Source of the DNA: Candidatus Omnitrophota bacterium
GTDB lineage: Bacteria; Omnitrophota; Gorgyraeia; Zapsychrales; Fredricksoniimonadaceae
Direction of reading: 5' to 3'
NCBI GenBank assembly: GCA_028865345.1
Contig: JAGWKL010000003.1
Location: forward strand, 64,184-128,183
DNA length: 64,000 nt
The notes under the pieces were generated by a model that was not told where the DNA came from, made no database searches, and was given only the letters and a program-made list of their open reading frames with translations. Shown here piece by piece: positions 57,457 to 64,000 of the stretch (the stretch's first letter is position 1; every line of letters starts with the position of its first letter). Position numbers and translations under genes: made by a program.

Positions 57457-58838
57457 AAATCGTGTTGTGCTCCTCAGAGGTGGTTCCTTTTGCAAAGACC
57501 GGCGGTCTGGCTGATGTCTGCGGCGCCCTGCCTCCGGCGCTGGAAAAGTTGGGCCACGAGGTTGTCGTCATCACCCCGCGGTATAAGACATCCAACATCC
57601 AGGTCCCGGCGCCCATCGTGCGCATCGGCGAAAATATCAGGGTCTGCTTTATCGAGCACCACAATTATTTCGGTAGGGAGGGCCTGTACGGCGATCCGGG
57701 AGGCGAGTACCAGGACAATCTGGAGCGTTTCACGCATTTTTGCCATAAAAGTTTCGAGGTCCTGAAAGAAATCAAATTTTCTCCTGATATCATCCATTGC
57801 CACGACTGGCATACGGCCCTGATCCCTGTGCTGCTTAAGACCAACTACCAGCATGACCCGTTTTTTAGAGGCAGCCGGTCGGTCCTGACTATCCACAATA
57901 TGGCCTATCAGGGGATTTTCCCGAAATTCAAATACGAGAGGCTGGGGGTCCACGGCCGGCTTTTCCACCCCCAGGCTCTGGAATTTTATGACCAGGTCAA
58001 CGTCCTTAAAGGGGGGATCATTTTTGCCCACGCCCTCACCACAGTTTCTCCCCAGTATGCCAAAGAAATACAGACCCGGGAATTCGGGTGTACGCTTGAC
58101 GGTGTTTTACGCAACCGCGCCCAAGACATTTCCGGGATCCTCAACGGCCTGGATTATGAAACATGGAACCCCAAGGACGATCCTTTTTTGAACTTTCCTT
58201 ACGATGCCGCCGGCGCCCATGAATTGAAGATCAACAATAAGCTGGTGCTTCAGGTGACTCTGGGCCTGCCTTCCAGGGAAGACGTGCCGCTTTTCGGTTT
58301 TGTGGGCAGGCTTTGCGCCCAAAAAGGGCTGGACCTCATCAGGGACGTCGTCGATGCCATCGCGGCTAAGGGGGGCCAGGTCATTTTTACGGGCGTGGGG
58401 GACAGGAAATATCATCGCATGATCGAAGAGGCGGCCGGCCGTCATCCGCACCACGTGGGCAAAATCCTGAAATTTGACGAAGGCATCGCCCATAAAATCT
58501 ATGCCGCCTCGGATTTCTTTTTGATGCCATCGACCTATGAACCCTGCGGGCTAGGCCAGATGATCGCGTTAAGGTATGGTTCCATCCCGGTAGTGTACAA
58601 GACCGGCGGCCTGGCGGACACCATCCACCTTTATGATCCCATCCATAAAACGGGCAACGGATTCATATTTACGGAATATACCAAAGCTTCCTTTATTAAG
58701 GCCGTCGATGAGGCCTTGAAGGTCTATCATCAAAAAGACCAGATGAAAGACCTGCTGGATGCGGCCATGCGTTACCGCTTCTCCTGGGAAAAATCTGCCA
58801 GGGAATACGTGAAGGTTTTCGAAAAATGCTTGTCATAG
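57453..58838 (+). CDS. glgA: Glycogen synthase
   Basis: 'KTGGLADV', 'HCHDWHT', 'TIHNMAYQG', 'PSTYEPCGL'. Confidence 0.95.
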   Translation: MKIVLCSSEVVPFAKTGGLADVCGALPPALEKLGHEVVVITPRYKTSNIQVPAPIVRIGENIRVCFIEHHNYFGREGLYGDPGGEYQDNLERFTHFCHKSFEVLKEIKFSPDIIHCHDWHTALIPVLLKTNYQHDPFFRGSRSVLTIHNMAYQGIFPKFKYERLGVHGRLFHPQALEFYDQVNVLKGGIIFAHALTTVSPQYAKEIQTREFGCTLDGVLRNRAQDISGILNGLDYETWNPKDDPFLNFPYDAAGAHELKINNKLVLQVTLGLPSREDVPLFGFVGRLCAQKGLDLIRDVVDAIAAKGGQVIFTGVGDRKYHRMIEEAAGRHPHHVGKILKFDEGIAHKIYAASDFFLMPSTYEPCGLGQMIALRYGSIPVVYKTGGLADTIHLYDPIHKTGNGFIFTEYTKASFIKAVDEALKVYHQKDQMKDLLDAAMRYRFSWEKSAREYVKVFEKCLS

Positions 58839-59419
58839 GACTTACAGGAAATTTGGGGTGCGGAAAATCCACCGTGGCCGCAATGTTCGCCCGCAGGGGG
58901 GCCAAGACCATTGATGCCGACCTCGTCACGAGGCGGCTACTAACGAAAAATGAGAAATGTATAAAAAAAGTGGCAAAAATTTTTCCAGGTGTTATACTTG
59001 TCTCAAATAAGGTTGACCGCTCTGAATTAGCCAAGATCGTTTTTAATCATCCACGGGAACTACATAAGCTCACCAACATACTTTATCCTGAGGCTCTCAA
59101 AGCAGTTAAAAATCAGTTATCCCGATATAAACATGAATCGCTTGTCGTTTTAGATGCGCCTCTTCTATTTGAATCCGGATGGAACAAAATCACTGATATA
59201 ACCATCGTGGTCAGGGCCCGGCGCCGCCAGCAGATCGAACGCGCCTGCAAACGCCTGGGGATCACCCACAGCGAAGCCCTGCGGAGGCTCCGCAACCAAA
59301 TGCCTCTTAAGGCCAAATCCGACATGGCGGATATGATCATTGATAATAGCCATGACCTAGTTCAGACGCAAAACCAAGTGGATGCGATTATGCATAGATT
59401 AAGGAAAATCAACAATTAA
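58826..59419 (+). CDS. coaE: Dephospho-CoA kinase
   Basis: 'IGLTGNLGCGKSTV', 'IDAD', 'DAPLLFE'. Confidence 0.93.
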   Translation: MLVIGLTGNLGCGKSTVAAMFARRGAKTIDADLVTRRLLTKNEKCIKKVAKIFPGVILVSNKVDRSELAKIVFNHPRELHKLTNILYPEALKAVKNQLSRYKHESLVVLDAPLLFESGWNKITDITIVVRARRRQQIERACKRLGITHSEALRRLRNQMPLKAKSDMADMIIDNSHDLVQTQNQVDAIMHRLRKINN

Positions 59420-59455
59420 TTTTTAACCCGCCTTCGGCGGACTTAGGAGAAACCA

Positions 59456-60799
59456 ATGGGCAGGACGGAAACAAAACAGGAAAAAGAAGAACTGAAAGAA
59501 AACGGGAACGGCAACGGCGATTATAAGCCCGCCAACCCTCAAGGCAAGACCATAAATATAGAAGCGTTGAAAGACATGAAGATGGCGGAGCTGACCAAGC
59601 TCGCCCGCGACATGGACATCCAGGGCGCTTCCGTCCTTAAAAAACAGGACCTGATGTTCAAGATCCTGCAAGTGCAGGCGGAAAAAGAAGGTCTGATGTT
59701 CGGCGAAGGCACCCTGGAAATATTGACCGAGGGTTTCGGTTTTTTAAGGAGCGCCAAATACAACTACCTGCCCTGCCCGGATGACATTTATATTTCACCT
59801 TCTCAGATCCGCCGGTTTGATCTTAAGACCGGGGATACGGTCTCCGGCCAGATCCGGCCGCCCAAGGAAGGTGAGAAGTATTTTGCCCTTTTAAAGGTAG
59901 AGGCGGTCAATTTTGAAAATCCTGAAAAATGCAAAGACAAGATATTCTTCGATAACCTCACGCCCCTGTATCCCAAGGAACGCCTGAACCTGGAAACCGT
60001 CCAGCAGGAGGTGTCCACGCGCATCATCAATTTGCTGACACCCATTGGTAAGGGGCAGCGCGCCTTGATTGTGGCCCCGCCTTATAGCGGCAAGACCGTG
60101 CTGTTACAAAAAGTGGCCAATGCCATTGTGCATAACCACCCGGAGGTCATCCTGATCGTGCTTTTGATCGATGAGCGCCCGGAAGAAGTCACGGACATGC
60201 AAAGGTCGGTCAAAGGGGAGGTCATTGCCTCCACCTTTGATGAGCCGGCCGAGCGCCATGTGCAGATCGCTGAGGTCGTCATTGAGAAAGCCAAACGCCT
60301 GGTGGAGCACAAGCGCGACGTGGTGATTCTTTTGGACAGCATCACGCGTCTGGCCCGCGCGTATAACACCGTGGTGCCGCATTCCGGCAAGATCCTTTCC
60401 GGCGGTGTGGATTCCAACGCGCTCCATAAACCCAAACGTTTCTTCGGCGCGGCCCGTAATATAGAGGAAGGCGGTTCGCTGACGATCATCGCCACCTCGC
60501 TCGTTGATACCGGCAGCCGCATGGATGAGGTCATCTTTGAAGAGTTTAAAGGCACCGGCAACATGGAATTGCAGCTTGACCGCAACCTGTTCCAGCGCCG
60601 CATTTATCCGGCCATCGACATCAAACGTTCCAATACCCGCCATGAAGAGCTCTTGGTGCCGGCCTCGGACCTGCAACGCGCCTGGCTTTTGCGCAAGGCC
60701 TTCAATGACCTTAATTCCGCGGAGGCCATGGAGCTTTTGATCGACAAGATCTCGAAATATAAGACCAACGCAGATTTCTTGCAAAATATGAATAAATGA
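59456..60799 (+). CDS. rho: Transcription termination factor Rho
   Basis: 'GFGFLRS', 'PIGKGQR', '[12 protein letters not shown]', 'EEFKGTGN'. Confidence 0.98.
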   Translation: MGRTETKQEKEELKENGNGNGDYKPANPQGKTINIEALKDMKMAELTKLARDMDIQGASVLKKQDLMFKILQVQAEKEGLMFGEGTLEILTEGFGFLRSAKYNYLPCPDDIYISPSQIRRFDLKTGDTVSGQIRPPKEGEKYFALLKVEAVNFENPEKCKDKIFFDNLTPLYPKERLNLETVQQEVSTRIINLLTPIGKGQRALIVAPPYSGKTVLLQKVANAIVHNHPEVILIVLLIDERPEEVTDMQRSVKGEVIASTFDEPAERHVQIAEVVIEKAKRLVEHKRDVVILLDSITRLARAYNTVVPHSGKILSGGVDSNALHKPKRFFGAARNIEEGGSLTIIATSLVDTGSRMDEVIFEEFKGTGNMELQLDRNLFQRRIYPAIDIKRSNTRHEELLVPASDLQRAWLLRKAFNDLNSAEAMELLIDKISKYKTNADFLQNMNK

Positions 60800-60845
60800 T
60801 GTAATATAACGCCTTCAAAAATCCGATATAAGGAGCTATAAGGAA

Positions 60846-61049
60846 ATGAAAGCTGAAATTCATCCCAAATACGAGGAAGCCACCATCACGTGCGCCTGCG
60901 GGAATGTGATCCACACAAGGGCCACCAAGAAATTGATCCGTGTGGAAATTTGTTCCCAATGTCATCCGTTTTTCACCGGCGCCAAGAAGTTTGTGGACAC
61001 AGCCGGCCGCATTGAACGTTTCAACAAACGTTATGCTAAGACCAAATGA
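60846..61049 (+). CDS. rpmE: 50S ribosomal protein L31 (Zn-binding type)
   Basis: 'MKAEIHPKY...CACG...[10 protein letters not shown]...GRIERF'. Confidence 0.97.
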   Translation: MKAEIHPKYEEATITCACGNVIHTRATKKLIRVEICSQCHPFFTGAKKFVDTAGRIERFNKRYAKTK

Positions 61050-62115
61050 TGAAGCAAAGTTGGTCAAGGCCCACCAACGTTATGCCGAACTCGAAGTTCT
61101 TCTGGCCGACGAGAAGGTTGTATCCGATGCAAACCAGATGGCCAAGCTTGCCAAAGAGTTTTCCAGCTTAGGCAACCTCATCGAGCTTTACCGCTCCTAT
61201 CAAAAGACCGTAAGCCACATCCATGAGTCTCAGGAAATCCTGAAATCCAAAGGGGATGCCGAATTCAAAGAGCTTGCCCAAAGCGAGCTCCTTTCTCTGG
61301 AACCCCGATTGAAAGAATTGACCGGTCAGCTGACGGATTATTTGGACCCATCCAAGAACGAGCCGGACAAAAACATCATCGTTGAGATCAGGGCAGGCAC
61401 CGGCGGCCTGGAAGCGAGCTTGTTTGCCGCGGATCTTTATCGCATGTACACGAAATACGCGGACCTCAAGGCATGGAAGCTGGAACTCATGTCTTACACG
61501 GACACTGAAGCCGGCGGCGTCAAGGAAGTGGTGTTTTCTTTAAGCGGCCGCGAGTGCTCCAAGCGTCTGAAATGGGAAAGCGGCATCCATCGCGTGCAGC
61601 GTGTCCCGACGACCGAAGCTTCCGGGCGCATCCACACCTCGGCGGTCACGGTGGCCATCTTGTTTGAGCCTGAAGAAATCGACCTGGAGATCAATCCTAA
61701 AGACCTGAAGATCGATGTGTACCGTTCTTCCGGACCCGGCGGCCAGAGCGTCAATACGACCGATTCCGCGGTACGCATCACGCACCTTCCCTCGGGCACG
61801 GTGGTTGTTTGCCAGGACGAGCGTTCCCAGCTTAAAAACCGCGCCAAGGCCATGCGTATTTTGCGTGCCAGGATCCTGGACCATATGCAGCAGGAGGCTT
61901 TTCATAAAGAGTCGGCTTTACGCAAATCCCAGGTCGGCTCAGGCGACCGCAGCGAGAAGATCCGCACCTATAATTTCCCCGACCGCAGGGTCACGGACCA
62001 CCGCATCGGTTTCACCAGCCACCAACTGGAGAGCATCCTGAACGGGGACATGGATGAGTTGACCGGCGCACTCATGGCCGCGGAAAAAGACCTCAAAGAA
62101 CACGACCGGCAATAG
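61033..62115 (+). CDS. prfA: Peptide chain release factor 1
   Basis: PTT anticodon-mimic motif 'QRVPTTE', GGQ motif, 'RTYNFP'. Confidence 0.96.
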   Translation: MLRPNDEAKLVKAHQRYAELEVLLADEKVVSDANQMAKLAKEFSSLGNLIELYRSYQKTVSHIHESQEILKSKGDAEFKELAQSELLSLEPRLKELTGQLTDYLDPSKNEPDKNIIVEIRAGTGGLEASLFAADLYRMYTKYADLKAWKLELMSYTDTEAGGVKEVVFSLSGRECSKRLKWESGIHRVQRVPTTEASGRIHTSAVTVAILFEPEEIDLEINPKDLKIDVYRSSGPGGQSVNTTDSAVRITHLPSGTVVVCQDERSQLKNRAKAMRILRARILDHMQQEAFHKESALRKSQVGSGDRSEKIRTYNFPDRRVTDHRIGFTSHQLESILNGDMDELTGALMAAEKDLKEHDRQ

Positions 62116-62120
62116 CTGAC

Positions 62121-62903
62121 ATGTCCGAAGACGAGATCATCCTGACGCATATTCTCCAATGCCGTGCCATTGATCTGGCCGTTGATGGCCTCGCATTGAC
62201 CCCCTCGCAGGAGGAACAATTCCGTCGATATAAATGCCGCCGCCTTGCCGGCGAGCCGTTGCAGTACATTTTAGGCTGCTGCGATTTTATGGGCCTGGAA
62301 TTGGGCGTCAACCCGACGGTTTTGGTGCCCAGGCCGGAGACCGAGCAGTTGGTCGATACGGCGTTGAAGTATTTTAAGGGAGGCGCTGCTTTGGATTTAG
62401 GCACCGGTTCGGGCAATATTGCCGTTGCCCTGGCGAAATTCGTTGAGCATTGCGAAGTTATCGCCATGGACAAATCAGCACAGGCCCTGGATACAGCGCG
62501 TGCCAATGCAAAGCGGCATGGCGTTATGCAGCGCATGACATTTATCCATGGGGACATGTCCAATGAGAAATTTATTTTAAATCTGCTGAAAGACGCCAAA
62601 TTTGACTTGGTCATTTCCAACCCGCCTTATATACCCACGGAACAATTAAGTACGCTGCCCCAAGATGTCCGGAAGGAACCGCCTGCCGCCTTAGACGGCG
62701 GCCGAGACGGTTTGAAATTTATCCGCATTATTATAAAATATACTCCTTGCTTGCTAAGAAAGGGCGCTTGTCTTATGATGGAATTCGGCGACGGTCAGGC
62801 CGAGGCTGTCAAACAGCTGGCCCAAGACACGCGCCTATTTTCCACTATAGAAATTTTTAAGGATTTAGCGGGGCGGGACAGGGTCATGAGGGCCGTCCTG
62901 TAG
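62121..62903 (+). CDS. prmC: Release factor glutamine methyltransferase
   Basis: 'GEPLQYI', 'PRPETE', 'DLGTGSG', 'SNPPY'. Confidence 0.95.
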   Translation: MSEDEIILTHILQCRAIDLAVDGLALTPSQEEQFRRYKCRRLAGEPLQYILGCCDFMGLELGVNPTVLVPRPETEQLVDTALKYFKGGAALDLGTGSGNIAVALAKFVEHCEVIAMDKSAQALDTARANAKRHGVMQRMTFIHGDMSNEKFILNLLKDAKFDLVISNPPYIPTEQLSTLPQDVRKEPPAALDGGRDGLKFIRIIIKYTPCLLRKGACLMMEFGDGQAEAVKQLAQDTRLFSTIEIFKDLAGRDRVMRAVL

Positions 62904-62912
62904 AAAGGCTTT

Positions 62913-64000
62913 ATGGAGAAATTTGTCATTGAGGGCGGCAAGCCTCTTAAGGGAGAGATCAAAACCAGCGGCTCCAAGAACGCGACCTTGCCGGTTTTAG
63001 CGGCGACTTTGTTGACCGACGGTGTTTGTGAAATCCGTAATATCCCCAAATTACGAGACACCTTGACCATGTGCAAGCTGCTGCGCAGCTTGGGCAAGAC
63101 GGTCGAGATCGGTGCCAATAAAGTGACGGTTTCCGGCAGCGTCAACAACCATGTGGCGGATTATAAGCTGGTTTCCACCATGCGAGGTTCTTTTTGCGTC
63201 CTGGGGCCTTTACTGGCTAAATTAGGAAAAGCCAAGGTTTCTATGCCCGGCGGATGCATTATCGGTGTGCGCCCGATTGATTTGCATATGAAAGGCATAA
63301 CGGCATTGGGCGTCAAATCGGACTTTGAAGCAGGTTATGTCATTGCGCGCGCCCCCCGATTGAAAGGCGCGCAGATGTATTTGGGGGGGACTTTCGGCTC
63401 ATCGGTCTTGGCCACGGCCAATGTCATGATGGCTGCAAGCCTGGCGCACGGGGAGACCGTCATCGAGTCCGCGGCCTGCGAACCGGAGATCGAGGAGTTG
63501 GGGGATTTTCTAAGCAGCATGGGCGCCAAGATCGAGGGGCAGGGAACGCCCCGCATCATCATCAACGGAGTCCGGAAATTAAACGGCATCAATTATAAAA
63601 TGGGGCCGGACCGTATCGAGGCCGGGACCTTCCTGCTTTTGGCCGCGGCAGCCAAAAGCGACATCCTGGTCAGGGACGCCCACTATAATCATTTGCTTGC
63701 CCTTATCGATAAATTGCAGATGATCGGGGTGGATGTGCAGAAAGACGGGGCGGACATCCGCGTTAAATGTAAAAAGACCCTGCGCCCGGCCAATATCGTC
63801 ACTCACCCTCATCCTGGGTTCCCGACGGACTTGCAGGCCCAGTACATGGCGCTCATGGCCATCACGCCGGGTGTGAGCATCATCACCGACAGGGTTTTTC
63901 CCGACCGCTTCATGCATATTGCCGAGCTCAACCGTATGGGAGCCTCGATCCGCCGCGATGCGGGTGTGGCCATTGTCGAGGGCGTTAAAAAATTATTCGG
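62913..64000 (+). CDS. murA: UDP-N-acetylglucosamine 1-carboxyvinyltransferase (3' end beyond the window)
   Basis: Manual translation MEKFVIEGGKPLKGEIKTSGSKNATLP...MPGGCIIGVRPIDLH...DRIEAGT...PGFPTDLQAQ; no stop inside the window, so absent from the ORF track. Confidence 0.95.
   Translation, partial: MEKFVIEGGKPLKGEIKTSGSKNATLPVLAATLLTDGVCEIRNIPKLRDTLTMCKLLRSLGKTVEIGANKVTVSGSVNNHVADYKLVSTMRGSFCVLGPLLAKLGKAKVSMPGGCIIGVRPIDLHMKGITALGVKSDFEAGYVIARAPRLKGAQMYLGGTFGSSVLATANVMMAASLAHGETVIESAACEPEIEELGDFLSSMGAKIEGQGTPRIIINGVRKLNGINYKMGPDRIEAGTFLLLAAAAKSDILVRDAHYNHLLALIDKLQMIGVDVQKDGADIRVKCKKTLRPANIVTHPHPGFPTDLQAQYMALMAITPGVSIITDRVFPDRFMHIAELNRMGASIRRDAGVAIVEGVKKLF

Overview
Bacterial chromosomal window, almost entirely on the + strand and dense in coding sequence. 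It is most likely from Candidatus Omnitrophota, inferred from a large secreted protein with the N-terminal 'LKGIxIHPxNPFxFDFII...RKYFSGG' domain and C-terminal 'PGGIDLN' motif that I associate with that phylum. Most of the window is housekeeping: mtaB, lgt, tRNA-Lys(CTT), split transketolase, tal, a beta-oxidation operon, trpBA, iscA-thiC, bioB with a BirA-type operator, a 2-oxoacid:ferredoxin oxidoreductase, trxB, folD, polA, glgA, coaE, rho, rpmE, prfA, prmC and partial murA. Two accessory regions stand out. (1) A copper/silver resistance island (about 3.7-17 kb; CusCBA-type RND pump, CopA, YHS and Met-rich proteins). It has no CusRS/CueR/CsoR gene but carries a BldN-like ECF sigma, a DUF5667/RsbN-like anti-sigma with a Cys-rich tail, three matching TAAC-N16-CGYCT promoters, and a leaderless CutF/CruR-like upstream ORF. 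(2) A 1191-aa modular secreted protein (19456-23031). Between its conserved termini lie cargo modules (kinase-like, unknown, caspase/clan-CD-like His-Cys protease) separated by a D-x-A-M motif that is also conserved in the DNA (GATnnGGCCATG), suggesting a self-processing, cassette-variable effector polyprotein. There is also an unannotated 49-aa secreted peptide gene with its own upstream repeat array and terminator. All calls come from reading motifs by eye; no database searches were run.
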